A stretch of 34,573 bases of DNA, taken from Perkinsus chesapeaki ATCC PRA-425 (Eukaryota; Protista; Perkinsozoa). The notes under the pieces are model-generated. The model saw only the letters and a program-made list of their open reading frames with translations, did not search any database and had not been told where the DNA came from. Shown one piece after another: positions 22,280 through 34,573 of this stretch. The translations under genes were made by a program, and so were the position numbers. Positions within the stretch are counted from its first letter, which is position 1; each line of letters starts with the position of its first letter. Location: the NCBI GenBank assembly GCA_013115145.1, contig JAAPAO010000378.1:1-34573 (forward strand), read 5' to 3'.

Positions 22280-22566
22280 AAGAAGGAGGAGGAGGAGGAG
22301 GAGATCAATGGTAATAATAATAATAATCAGCAGTGATGGCAGCCTCTACAATGCCAAAATGCTGAGCTAGAAGAAGGAGGAACGATAAGCGTAATAAATA
22401 GCCATGGACGAGTGGTGATTGATGATGATGATGATGATGTCCAGGCTGCTAATGACGGCCATCTTTAAGTTGGATATGAGCCGTCACCAGCACGTAACCC
22501 GATCACTAGCGGGTCAACTCCTGGAAAATGGATAACAAAATCGCTATAACAACAACAACAACGACG

Positions 22567-22612
<46 letters not shown>

Positions 22613-22722
22613 CCGCGTCCACCAAAAAGTACGAATATGTTGGTGCTCCTAAAGGCCGAGATGATGATGATAAGACTTGTAAAAGTAGGCATTGTGCCAT
22701 CTGTCTTCTTCTTCTTCGCTGG
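22280..22722. repeat. Cluster of trinucleotide microsatellites (GGA, AAT, GAT, AAC, long ATC run, CTT)
   Basis: Directly visible runs, the longest being (ATC)n at about 22569-22610. The poly-D, poly-M and poly-I ORFs in the track are artefacts of these runs. Confidence 0.95.
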
Positions 22723-23670
22723 TAAATAGTAATGTTAGTGGGCGGCCGCTTTAATTAAACGACGTCATCATCGAGGCGCATTCAAAGAGAATACCGCCTT
22801 CGTAAGGTTACCGGAGGATATTCCTCAGTTGAATAGTTGACCTAATATACAGTCTATGCCAATCCAACCTTGAAAATATCTTCACTACCTTCCTGGACCG
22901 TGGGTACCGATATTTAGTACTCTTTTGGAAGTCCACCTGGCCACTACCACCCAGCGAGCTCTTCGGTAGTATAGGTGTGTCATTTCTGATAGAATAACCG
23001 TATTTCCCCATAGCCCCCTCCCGTTTGTACCCTGCGAAACTTCCACTACCATAGTAAGCGCTTCCCCCAGGAGTCGCTGTGGTAGCTGCCGTCCTGCCTG
23101 AATTGCTACCGGGGACCGGTAATGTCGAATATGGTTTGGCCAGCCATGGATACGATCTTGCCAGCGGTATATGAATCTGATACCGCCGCTCTCTCCTATA
23201 ATCATAGCAATAATAACAACAGCTTACGTGGGCCCTTTCAAGATCGTTCTTGTTGACACCGACACATACAAGCTTCCCGCCTCTTTGTACGTGTTTTCCC
23301 GTTAATCTTCGTTTATCGGCAAGACGTGCCATCGATTTGAAAACATCTCGCATTTCTCTGGAGCTCATTCGCATCTAATAATCTCATACCGCTCCTTCCC
23401 CTAATCCTAATATTACCTCTGGATGCGTCCGTGACGTAACCGCTGGTAGGAGGTCCCCTGGTGAAGCCTTCGAACCCGCAGCCCCCCGAGGGTCTTCGGC
23501 CTAATAGGATCGTATCGGCCATCCCCTTATCCCTTATTATTATTACAAGCCTTCGCGGAGAATAGGACTCCGGCAAACCTCTGCCACGTCTCGAGTCGTA
23601 TACTCCCCGAGCCTGCTGCCCTTTGATCTCCGCTGGCCGTGCTTCCCTATGACTCCCACTAGGTTCATTC
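22465..23670 (-). CDS. Hypothetical multi-exon protein (Gly/Ser/Tyr-rich C-terminal part); boundaries uncertain
   Basis: Open exon-like segments with GT-AG borders, including RMSSREMRDVFKSMARLADKRR and TPGGSAYYGSGSF..KSSLGGSGQVDFQKSTKY. The microsatellites fall in presumed introns. The full phase path was not resolved. Confidence 0.35.
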
Positions 23671-24399
23671 TAAGACACACTATAGCCCCGCTTCACCATC
23701 CCGATGCTAGTACCATCTCCGGGGCGGCGGCGCCACCATTTCGACGTGTTCTCGCATGAACGGGCGTATCTATCCGATTGGCCCGAGAGCCTCCTCCGCA
23801 AACTAACGATGTGATCCACGACGTAAATCCACTCTTCCTATTGCCGCTCGTCGCATGCTCACTGAAGGGACGACGATTACGACAGGAACGACGGTTGAGG
23901 AAATATTGTTAAATAATCAAGTGGGCGAATTAGGTAAGCGTCTCCGTGAATTAAAGCCAAACGACACTTTTAAATAGAAGAACTGAGCGTCACTTCGCCA
24001 CGAAATAGGATAAGCCAGATTGGTATATTATATAGAAACATGCGGAGGACTAACGAGCACCTTTCCAGTGCTGAAATGACCAACGGAGAATAAAGGAAAA
24101 TTAACGTCTCCTTTAGAGCTAGCCGTGGAGTTCGTAGAAATAGAGTTCGTGGGCAAGTGATAAACCTACTTTGGTGACCCGTGATGGGGTCTATTGGCCT
24201 TAGGTACTGCCATATGCTTGATAATGAATCCCTGGTGCCTTATATAAGGCGATAGTAGATGAGAGACGCGTTACCCTATGTAGACTAAGACGATTTAGCA
24301 CGCGTAAAAACGTTGCAAACCGGACGGAATTTCACATCGTTCAAACGACGACTCATGATACGCACGAGTGAACTGTGTTAGGAAAGTTGAACGGTGAAT

Positions 24400-24430
24400 T
24401 ATTTATTTTTAATTCCTCGTGCTTCCTTAG
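24400..24430 (+). promoter_or_regulatory. Candidate splice acceptor (likely SL trans-splice site) upstream of SDHA
   Basis: A pyrimidine-rich tract ends in CTTCCTTAG at 24430, 16 nt before the ATG. SL trans-splicing is established for perkinsids. Confidence 0.4.
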
Positions 24431-24446
24431 GCTTTGTTTTTATATT

Positions 24447-26406
24447 ATGTTGAGCAAGCTAGCTACACGCATCACCCGCCCCGGTGTTACTGCCGCCAGA
24501 CACGTCAGTACAACAACCATTGGTGGATATAAGGTCAGCCAAAGCATACTCCACTTTATAACAGACGTATCTTAGGTTCATGATCACTTCTATGACGCTG
24601 TTGTTGTTGGTGCTGGAGGGGCTGGTCTAAGAGCCGCTTCTGGTCTAGTGGCCCATGGCCTCAAGACTGCTTGCATTTCCAAGGTAAAGCCTAACCATAC
24701 TCATATCTCTATTCCCCATTTGTCAGGTTTTTCCAACTCGTTCTCACACTGTTGCAGCTCAAGGAGGCATCAACGCTGCCCTGGGCAACATGACCGAGGA
24801 TGACTGGCGTTGGCATGCCTATGATACCGTTAAGGGCTCTGATTGGCTTGGTGATCAAGACGCTATCGAACACATGTGCCGCCTTGCCCCCCAAGTTGTG
24901 CTAGAGCTCGAGAGCTATGGTCTGCCCTTCTCAAGGACCAAGGAGGGCAAGATCTACCAGAGGGCCTTCGGTGGCCAGAGCCTCAAGTTTGGCAAGGGAG
25001 GCCAAGCCTACAGATGTGCCGCTGCCGCTGACCGCACTGGTCATGCTATCCTTCACACTCTGTACGGTATGTCCCTGAAGTACGATTGTCTGTTCTTCAT
25101 CGAGTACTTTGCCCTCGACCTCATCATGGACAAGGACGGTTCCTGTAAGGGCGTCATCGCTATGAGCATGGAAGATGGTTCCCTCCATCGTTTCGGGGCC
25201 CACCAGACTGTCATCGCCACTGGTGGATACGGTAGAGCCTACCAGAGCTGCACTAGCGCTCATACCTGCACCGGTGACGGCGGCGGTATGGTCTCGAGGG
25301 CTGGCCTGCCCCTACAGGACTTGGAGTTCGTGCAGTTCCATCCGACTGGCATATTTCCCGCCGGTTGTCTAATGACTGAAGGTTGCCGTGGTGAAGGAGG
25401 AATCCTGAGGAACAGCGAGGGTGAGCCCTTCATGGCCCGATACGCCCCGACAGCAAAGGACTTGGCGTCCCGCGATGTGGTGTCCCGGGCGATGACTTTG
25501 GAGATCCGAGAGGGTCGCGGTGTTGGCCCGAACAAGGACCACATCTACCTTCATTTGGACCACCTTCCCGCGGAGACTCTCAGGGAGAGACTTCCCGGCA
25601 TCTCTGAAACGGCCAAGATCTTTGCTGGTGTTGATGTGACCAAGGAGCCTATCCCGGTCTTACCGACAGTCCACTATAATATGGGTGGCATCCCAACCAA
25701 TTGGAAGGCTCAGTGCCTCAACCCGACCCCCTCCGACCCCGCTAAGATCGTCCCTGGTCTGCTGGCTGCTGGTGAGGCAGGCTGCGCATCAGTTCATGGG
25801 GCTAATCGTCTGGGCGCCAACTCTCTGTTGGATCTGGTGGTCTTTGGTCGTACTGCCGCTGACACTGTGGCCGAGCTGGTGAAGCCGAACTCCCCTCAGG
25901 TGGACCTTCCTAAGGACGCTGGTGAGGCCACGATTGATCGGTTCGAGAAGATACGTAACGCCAGCGGCCCTGTGTCCACGGCTGATTTGAGGACCAAGCT
26001 GCAGAAGACAATGCAGACCAGAGCGCCGGTCTACAGGAACGGTGATGATTTGAAGAAGGGCTGTGAGGAGCTAAGAGAGATAATGAAGGAGTTCAAGGAC
26101 GTCGGAATCAAGGACCGTACTCTGGTCTGGAACACCGACCTCATCGAGACCCTCGAGCTTGAGAACCTCATCACTCAGGCGGCCCAGACGGTGATATCTG
26201 GTGAAGCTAGAAAGGAATCGAGAGGGGCGCATGCCAGGGAGGACTACCCGGAGAGAGACGATGGAAAGTGGATGAAGCATTCGCTGTCGTATCAGACCAA
26301 GCGCAACATCGAAGATGCTGACATCGCCTTGAAGTACAGAGCTGTGGTGGACCAGCCCTTGGACTCTGAGATGCATCACGTCCCTCCGGCCAAGCGTGTC
26401 TACTAG
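24447..26406 (+). CDS. SDHA: Mitochondrial succinate dehydrogenase flavoprotein subunit, 3 exons, 624 aa
   Basis: Exons 24447-24533, 24576-24683 and 24727-26406. Features: transit-peptide-like N-terminus, [10 protein letters not shown], the FAD-attachment motif [42 protein letters not shown] and the C-terminal PPAKRVY. Confidence 0.98.
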
Positions 26407-26613
26407 GTTTGCTGGCTTGGAGGTCATTTGCTTATTACATTGTTGGGCAGTTGCAACTCGCCCAGCATCTTTCGTAACTTTTATGGATGGTGACAGCGGT
26501 GGTGGCCCCAGCCGCATGAGGTTCAGTGAGTTTTTGTGGTCAGGATTGTTCCCCAACTGATAAGTGTTGCGTTTGTCATCTGCCCGGGGCAATATCTGAC
26601 AGAAGACTTTTCT

Positions 26614-29600
26614 ATGGGAGTCTTCAGCCTCCCAGCTGGAGTGGTGCGATGGTTAGTGTCTTTGGGAGCCCTCAAGGAGCGAGTTGATCTCGGTGTGGCG
26701 GAACAGGACCAATTGGTGCCACTCAGTCAGAGGGCCAAGCAGCGTCTCATCGATGGGACCCTCGTAGCGGAGGTCATTGCTGCTGTGAGGTGTACAGGCG
26801 GACGCTCCCCGCATACGTACTCTTTTCAGGCCCTCGAGAGGGCTGGAGAGACACCGTCTGTGACGCTGCGGCAAACGGGGAGCAACCGTAGGCCGGTGGA
26901 TCGATGGCGAGCTGTCGCCGAGGCTTTGTCTGAGCACGTTGACGTGGTCCTTGATGAGGACATCTGCCAGGACCTCGCTGCGGCCAGTGACGAGACGCTA
27001 GCTGCGGAGCTATTGGTGGAGGTGGGTGATAGGGAATTGGGTGAATTTAGTGGCGCGTGGTCAGGTTTATACGGTGTTGAGAGCGTATCATCAACAGAAG
27101 AAGAAAAAACGGCCTAATCGGAAGCCAGAGAGGAAGGAGGGGTGAAAAGCGGTTAATAGTGGGAAAGTTGCATTAAATTTCAAACAGGTATGCGGCGACA
27201 TCTCAGCGACGAGATCGCAGTCCGGCTGCCGACTCGCGAGAGGTACTAAGTGTTTGGGAGGTGTGGGGGACATGTCGATCTCAGCGGTCGAGGAGAGAGT
27301 CTCCATCAGGGAGGGAGAAGGCAGGGGCTGCGGGACAAAAAACGCCGAATCTGATTGAAAAACCGAAATCTGTTGCTTCGTCTCCGCGGTCCCGGAAAAC
27401 GTCCCCGCGAGTAGAGGCCGTACCGTCACCGGTGGTCGAGAGCGCGCCGGTGAAGAGACCGATTGTGTCACCGAAGCCAAGTGAAGGAGAGGTCAAAAAA
27501 ATTGACAGTTCTTGGACGGTGCCCACGAGCGCCAAGGCAGTGAGGGAGGACAGAGTCGAGGAGAACGGGACGACAGAAGTGGTGGACCCAGGCAATACGT
27601 TCCTGACGATCGACGAGCCAAGCGCCATAGAGTCGCCAATCCTACCGACGGGCACTGTTGGCGAGGTCGATGCTGAGTCGTCTTTGTTGGCACTGACCGA
27701 TCGTCTGGATACGGCGACTTTGGACCCACCTTGGGCAGTGCTACTGTCCACTGCCCTGGACACGCTCCAGGTTGCTCGGCCTGGAACGCTTGACGAATGC
27801 CAGGTGCAAAGGATGGTCATCGAGGGAGAGATGTATCCATTTACATCATCATCGCTTGTTGAGTGGTACACGTCGGTGTTGCCTCATCACATAGAGGACC
27901 TCCCCCTCTCCATCGTGTGCAAGGTCGCCCTACCGGCCTTGGACTCAACAGTGTACGGAGTAGAGTCCAGTAAGGCGGCTGCTGGCCTACTGTATTTGGC
28001 AGCATCTCGAGGGAAACGGGAGGATAACAGTATTAGTGCGCTCCTGCGGGAGGGGTACATTCACGGGATTGTGGAGGCGATACGAAACACCGATGATGCG
28101 GAAGAAGCTCGCAGTTCCCTCTGCTCGGCCCTTTTCCAAATTTGGCATCGAGACGGCGCCTCTCTGGTGACACTTTTCACCGGCCACCTAGGAAGGAGGC
28201 ATTCGGAAATCATGCCAGTGGCACACGGTCTAGTGGCCACTCTTTCTCAACACGGGGAGCCTTTCATGGCCTTGTCGCCGGTGGTGGACCTTCTCTTGGA
28301 ACAGCTGGTCCGTAAGCGTCGATGTTGTTGTGCTGGGTGTGCCGCCCTCATCGGTGAGCTGTGGAGCTCGGGGCTTCTGGCCACCAAGAGCAACTACACT
28401 CAGCTGGCCGAAGATGTCCTACTGGTTCTTCAAGAGAGGGCTTCAGAGCCCGCAGATGAGGACCAACATCTCCCGTATGTCGCCGCCAGCACCTTAGTGT
28501 CTATACTGGACTATGTATGCCGACAAGAGGACGAGACCATGGCCCCGGCGGTCTGGCGATCTCTGGTCTACTCGGTTATAGTGGCACTAGGTAGCCCACA
28601 GTCACCAGACTTCTCGAGCTTTATCGCTTCCTTGGTCGCCGAGGCCATCTCGAGGCTCCCTTGTCTTCCAGTGTGCATGCTTGCGGAGCCCGTTTGTAAG
28701 CTTGTTCATGAGCGCGATGAAGATACCATGACCGAATCGGAGATGGCATTGCTCCTAGCGGTGGCTCGCCACCCGAGGCTCACGGAGACGGTGGCCGTTG
28801 AGGTAGGTTGGCCCCTCTCCGCGGAGTGGTGACGTATTCCGGTTTAGATGCTTAGTTCGGCCTGCCACCAGATGGTCTCCGGCGCCGCTGGGATTGATAG
28901 TATCGAGAAGAGGATAGTGAAGACACTGGCTGGACGATACGCTAACAACAAAGCCTTTGCTGATGAGGCGCCTGATGGATGCCTCAGACAGGTGAGGGTG
29001 GAGGGCGTCCCAGCGGGTACAGGCGGAGCTATGTACCAGTATGAAGTAGATATTTCCATTGTTCATTGGAACTGACCGACGCTCAAGGCCAACGTGGTCT
29101 TGGTTCTTGGTAAATAAGGGAAAGTGTGCCGGTGGTATCTAAGGTGACGGAGGTTTAATAGCGATTATTACGCATATCACTTGTACCACAAATCATTAGT
29201 CCTCGCATGAAGCTAGGATACGGAGCTGCCGCGTTGGTCCATCCAAGAGTCGAAGATGGTTCCCCTCAGATTCTGGCATCACTACTGAAAGGCCCAGGCT
29301 CAGCAGATGCCGTTGTCTCCATTGTGTGCATCATGGCCAGAGCTGGAGGTCGACGTCTCGGCCCTGATGAAGATCATCTTCGTGCTGCTACTCGTCAGCT
29401 CGTCGCCGACTTGTGCGCCGCGTATCGATCTGTCTACGCCGCGCTCCATCCGAATCTCCTTCGGGCCTCCAGAGCCTTCCCAGAGCTAGAGGAAGCGGCG
29501 GTGCTCACCACGCCGGACCCTCAGACCGATGCCTCAGAGGGCCGGCGGCCGGATCACCTCGTTCCTGTTGCGACGTTGTTGCCATTTGGCAGCGGCCCGA

Positions 29601-32600
29601 CAGGCATGCTGGGCACTGGTCCACTGCAGAGCTTTAGATCGAGGGCTACTGGTCGGATACGGGAGCTGGAGATACAGATGGGGATGATGGTCGAGAAGCA
29701 TAAGGAACGGGAAGGTGGGGGATAGGCACAGTTGGAATGGATGAAGGATTACACAGACGGGGGGATAGATTAAACTAGAGATTTATTACGACAGTTAGTG
29801 TTGCTGCTTACTGTATCTTGATGAGCTTGAGTCACACTTTCACTGTCTTTGACTCTGGGCCTCTATACAGGAGCCCGAATACTGGTCCTGCCATGAGTAG
29901 CTGGGCAATGTTAGATTGCCGCAATGCTTTTGTGGTTCGGTAGATTCTCAGGATAGGCCGATTTCCTCATTCGTAGATTCATTGGAGTCGATAATAAGGG
30001 ATCTAGAGTCCAAGATGGGCACCACTGGGGAGCAAGGGGTTAATAGGGAGTGAGAGAAAGGCGGCAAAGTCTGATAAAACATATCTCACGTTTGCAAGGT
30101 CGCCGACGGTCCCAAAACTGCCGCTGTCCTCCCGAAAGTCGAGCCCGCGGAAGCCGAACGATCATGGCTCATCAGCAGTTGCAGTATCGGCTAGGTGAGC
30201 TCTGGCTACTACCTAAGGGGGGATTAACACTTGGGAGCAGGAGTCCAAGAGCACCGGCTAGTCCACCGCCGAAGGACCGAGGCAAGCATGCCGGTGGGCG
30301 CAGGATACGGAAGATGTCCGGCAGTGAAGGTAGGCATCCTAGATAAGAGAAGGATAAAACGTTTGAAGTTCAGGCGAAGCGAAACAACTGGTGGTACCAC
30401 CACCAAGTAGTGTTCGACAGAAGGGAGTGGTGTTGGTATTGGAGGGCTCGGTGGCGGATGAGTGCTCGAGATTGGTGAAGGCTTTTGCTAAGCCATTAGA
30501 AGTTATCTACTTGCAGTAGGGGGAAAGGGACGCTTGTGGTCTAAGTAGTTTATCCATTCTGATGGTGAATATCCGGGGAACGCTAACGTTTGCTAGGGCA
30601 GTACTTACTGCGCAAATGGGAGCAGTAAACTCACCAGCAGTAGTGAAGATGGAAATACGTAGATAGACGATCCACTGCAACTTAATCTCAAGGGCCTCAG
30701 TGAACAGTAACAACTGTGTGGTTAGGTATTGCAATCAGAAGACACCCTTAGGCAAGGGAGCGCCTCAGAGGAACCCAACGAACCCAAATGGCCGGAGAAG
30801 CCATCGGCCATCACTCCAACAGGTCAGACTGCTCGCCAATAATGGTCAGTTGACCCGTTACCAGGACCACCAGACACCACCCATTCCACTCCTCAATCTC
30901 CTTACCCTACTACGAGACGCCAAGATAATCCCTCATGTCACACCCCGGCCAGTGGCTGGTAGGCATCGAGGAGGCAGTTGAGGGGCGCATCAATCTTCAC
31001 TTCAGAGGAGTTCGTGTCCAGTATGGAGCATCCGATCAGACTGCCACAGACGATTGAAATCTTAGCTCAATGCGCGTTCCACGGCATGGACCCTGCAGAG
31101 TGCCGCCCCTGGTCCCAATGGGTAAGTCGGCTGGTGGTAGCTCCTATGGACCAACGATTGTTCAGGGTGTCTTGGTGCCTCTGCCGGAGCACCAGCAAGG
31201 CAGGCAGCTGCAGTGTATGTTACAGCAACTGATGGAGCAAGCAACGCTGCCCAAGGGTGCACGAGGGACGAGCGATAAGATCAGCATTAGTATCGACGAG
31301 TGGAAGGCAGCGGTGGGCCAATTAATACTGGACCGTGGAGTTAGCGTCCTGATCAGGTCCGGAGCTTGGTTCGGCGGTACGTTCGGTCAGTAGTGGACAA
31401 CTTCTCCCCGCCGACAGATCTTGGTAGCATTGTCCGCATAGTGTCGAATCATTGTCCCTATCAGGAGGATATGACATTCCTCCAGGGTTCACCCTAGCTC
31501 CCGATGGCAAGTCGCTGTATGTAGCTGACAAGTCTTGGGGGAGGGAGGGCCGCACTGCCAAGCAGCAAGCGCGCCGTGAGTCAGAGCCCAAACCTGTAGG
31601 GGGAAGGCGCTCGGGGGCTATAGCGCTTCGCCAGGTCCATACGGCTCTGCTGTATAATGCGAACACCACGACTTCATCCGACGCCAGCCCAGAGGAGTCC
31701 CCTCGGCAAGGCAAGACTCGTCGGCAATCTGGGAGTCGCATGTGAGCAAGATCATCAAGGCTTGGTTGTCAATGTACCTTTAAGGCCCAGCAGCCAGTCC
31801 GGTGGCATTCTCGCTGCACCGCCCCTGACGCTACCGGAGGAGGCCGAGAAGACTCTCCTACTGCACGAAGCAGCAGTGAAGGTCCTGGGGGAGCCATGGT
31901 TTACCAAGGCCATCCAAACCATGCACAAGTGCGCGCCCTCCCCGACCGCCCTTCATCCCGCCGTCTCATCCCTTCAGGCATTTCCTTCAAGTCCAATCTG
32001 GTGCAGTTAGCGCACATGCCGGGCTCCGACTGCCTGCCTTCACCAAGTGTCTCACTGGCTTCCTTAAGTTGCTGCCGGATGTCGGCAATGCCAAGGCCCT
32101 ATTCCGGCGTGTGGTCGGGCCTGGGTCTCAGGAACTAGATGTGGCTGGCCTGGGAAGGGCAGTGCTGGCCTCGGCCAGTGTGATGCCCTATGGCCAGGCT
32201 GCTGTGAAGGGGTGGCCCACAGCGTCCGAGGTAATGACCAGGACATCCTGCCTGAGTCGACTACTATAGTGTTTTCTCCTTAGCTGTTAGCGGCTCGGCC
32301 AGATGTGCTGATTGGTGTGGGCGTCCGCGCCTTATACCAGCGAGACTTCAAGGACATATCGTCGCTGAAGTCCAAGCTGCACCATTTCACCGCTGGGTCC
32401 CTGCCGCCACACACGTCTGAACACACGAAGTAATCATTGCTGCTATCATGGACCGACTTAATTGCTTTTCAGCCGGGATCTGGCAGAGCTGCAAGGTGTG
32501 GTGATACGCTCGGGAGCTGTTCTAGTGGACGGACAAGAAGCTGCTGCCGATGAACACACGGGCACGGTTGAGGAACCTTCGGAGACCAGCGCGAAGGAAA

Positions 32601-33064
32601 GCGATGAGGCACCAACGGTGGTCGATGAGAAACGACCGGAGACTCCAGTGAAGCCAGTCGATGCAGCCGAACCAGGAAGTCAGCGGCAGCCCGAAACGGA
32701 CGTGTAGCAGCTTACGGTTGTTTTTGAAAGTAAAGATGTTCTTAGACTACCCGGCGAGCAAGAAGAGGAAGCGTCCAACGTGCAGAGGTAAGGAGCGAGA
32801 CAACACCTTGAACTATGATACCCATTGTCAGTCCCGACTCGCTGAACCAAGAGCACCAGCAAGTGCCGAAGAATGAAGAGTGAGTTGTATGGCGTTAGCA
32901 AGCGGTATGTATAACCCAGGCCACCTAGCGGTCCTGAAGGAGTCGTTACATCGCCTGAAGAGGTACAGGATGAGCCAGCGAACCCTCTGGCGGCAGGAGA
33001 AGACGGGGCTGGTGAAATTCCAGCTGAGGCGGAAGAGGGCCCTACGGAAAAACTTGAGCCGTAA
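26614..33064 (+). CDS. Large multi-exon hypothetical protein (helical/ARM-like core, Ser/Pro-rich linkers, acidic C-terminus); could be two genes
   Basis: ATG at 26614 (MGVFSLPAGVVRWL). Long open exons include 27261-28832, 28848-29075 and 29207-about 29713. Later exons are linked by short GT-AG introns, ending ..AEAEEGPTEKLEP* at 33064. The N-terminus loosely resembles a calponin-homology-like fold (inference only). Confidence 0.55.
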
Positions 33065-34246
33065 CTCGCTGCTCCCCTGCGAGTTTTGTTAATAAGACTT
33101 CTCAGAGATGCGGCGGCACCGATAGATGAAACATAATTAAATAAATAATTAACACAAGTGATCACTACACGTTTATCTATGTGTTGGTAATAACTTTACA
33201 GGTACCTTACCAAGCCCATTATGATACCATTTATATATCATGTTCATTATGTATAGTAGTCGTACTCAATGGTTGTTGAGTTGTCAGAGTTATCCGAACA
33301 CTTCATTCAACGCGTACAGTCACTCCAAAGCGATCAAACTGTGCCCCAGCGTTGGTAGTCTTTAATCAGTCGGAAAGGCTGAATAACCCTTAAAAAGCTC
33401 GTGACGTTTGCAAACCTCAGCAAGGCTTCTTCTTCTATTCTCTCGGCTGTGGAGAACCTACAGGACGACTTACAGTAGCTTCTTAGATATTGCCAACATC
33501 ATGTTGGCCTCGCGCTGTTGCCAACCTATTTCTCCTATTCTTCTGCTAAGACGGGGCTCAAGTCATCTGGTTGTTCTTACTGTACTGTATACAACTGTAT
33601 ATACTGTCTCTTTCCTCGTGAGATCTCTCTCTTATGTTAATGCTTGGCTGAGAGTAGAGAAAGGAAAATTGCGAGTTGACGGGAAATGCCTGAATGGCGA
33701 ATATTGACCGACAAAAGCCCTTTTGTGTGTCCTTTGTGCTGGAAGCGCCACTTTAAGTGTATGCTAAGGGTTGGGTAATGCATATTGATGTTCTTGCCGT
33801 CTTGAGTTGGCAGACTATTTCCTGCGAGAGGGCTCGTCTCGTAGCGCCCGTTCGGCTTGTTAGAGCTGTAACTGGTCGAAAGTAAACCAGCTTCATGCTC
33901 CGCGTTTGCCTTGAACTTGTAGGTTGGTTTCGAAAACACTGGAGGTATCACAAACGCAACAGATAGAGTACGATAGGGATGACTGACCCAGAAAACGATT
34001 TCCGTTAACAAAACGCCAATTTTGGCTCACTCAAGCCTATATGGTCTTAGTAAATAGACTTGTTCGTTATATCACTGTGTTGGGTTTTATGGCCATACTA
34101 GAAAAACTGAGCAAGAGGAGTTTAAACTCTAAAGCCCTGAGGGGCACTTGCACGGAGCAAGAATATCATTCCGAGCTTGTAGTTGTACTATCAAATGCTG
34201 ATGGTATCAGCTAGGAATATCATATCAATAACCCGTGGGACAAAAG

Positions 34247-34573
34247 CTACAAGGGGCATCCCGAATCTGTATACTTGGCGATACCTTTGCCTTCTGGCAG
34301 TTTGGTAGTAAGAACCCCCTTACCAAAGTCGATATCAAAAGTTAGGAAGTTATCATCAAGCTGACCTTCAGATTCTTGGATCATCTTCCTACACTGTATA
34401 CCACCTAGCTTAACCTCCAGACCACCTGACGCTATAGTCGTCGTAGAATCGCAAGTGTAGAGAATCTTCGGAGATATTTCATCCTTCTGTCTAACAAACT
34501 GAGCTCGCCTCTCTGTGACTATGATGCTGTAAATATAGTCAACAAAGCGTCCATCAGTCGACAGGTAACACGT
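34247..34573 (-). CDS. C-terminal 108 aa of an unidentified protein (starts beyond the window)
   Basis: Stop-free frame from the window edge: TCYLSTDGRFVDYIYSIIVTERR..FDIDFGKGVLTTKLPEGKGIAKYTDSGCPL*; stop at 34247-34249. Not in the ORF track. Confidence 0.6.
   Translation of the reverse strand, partial: TCYLSTDGRFVDYIYSIIVTERRAQFVRQKDEISPKILYTCDSTTTIASGGLEVKLGGIQCRKMIQESEGQLDDNFLTFDIDFGKGVLTTKLPEGKGIAKYTDSGCPL

Noticed and set aside
22465-22725. Poly-Asp, poly-Met and poly-Ile ORFs
   Set aside because: These are translations of ATC/GAT microsatellites, not credible proteins.
23225-23374. VGVNKNDLE resembling the small-GTPase NKxD motif
   Set aside because: No P-loop or DxxG motif was found upstream, and the segment may be partly intronic.
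24709-29066. Long antisense ORFs over SDHA and the large hypothetical gene
   Set aside because: These are shadows of the coding strand with biased codon usage.
33637-34011. 124 aa minus-strand ORF
   Set aside because: It has a non-ATG start, no identifiable domain and an unresolved exon structure.
34015-34035. Second SL-like string GCCAATTTTGGCTCACTCAAG
   Set aside because: It needs indels to align and lies on the opposite strand to the neighbouring genes; likely chance.
1-34573. Prokaryotic defence systems, CRISPR arrays, integrase or reverse transcriptase genes
   Set aside because: No repeat-spacer array or catalytic motifs were recognised on either strand, and the DNA is spliceosomal-intron-rich eukaryotic sequence.

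Overview
Intron-rich eukaryotic DNA with mostly 39-65 nt GT-AG introns. It is most consistent with a perkinsid alveolate (Perkinsus-like), inferred from intron size, gene content and a spliced-leader-like motif. The ORF track fragments almost every gene, so gene models were rebuilt by hand from splice sites. Left to right: 5' end of an Entamoeba/Bacteroidetes-type D-3-phosphoglycerate dehydrogenase; tRNA-Asp(GTC); multicopper oxidase copy 1 (9 exons, 583 aa); an S28 serine carboxypeptidase; decayed S10 carboxypeptidase and other gene fragments; a ~460 bp fold-back element; multicopper oxidase copy 2, preceded by a 19 nt remnant of the tRNA 3' end; an OSCA/TMEM63(CSC1)-like channel; a degenerate tRNA-Arg(CCT); a microsatellite-laden hypothetical gene; SDHA; a ~6.4 kb multi-exon hypothetical gene; and a partial CDS at the right edge. 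The best novelty candidate is the oxidase pair. All four copper-binding motifs are intact, but a predicted two-helix transmembrane hairpin with a GYIRL sorting motif sits inside the enzyme, where CueO-type proteins carry their Met-rich insert. That hairpin is bracketed by in-frame splice sites. Also notable are the duplication boundary inside the tRNA T-loop, patchy identity between the two copies, and recurrent zig-zag micro-palindromes in non-coding DNA. No transposase, integrase, CRISPR or rRNA was recognised. All family calls come from motif recognition by eye, not from database searches.
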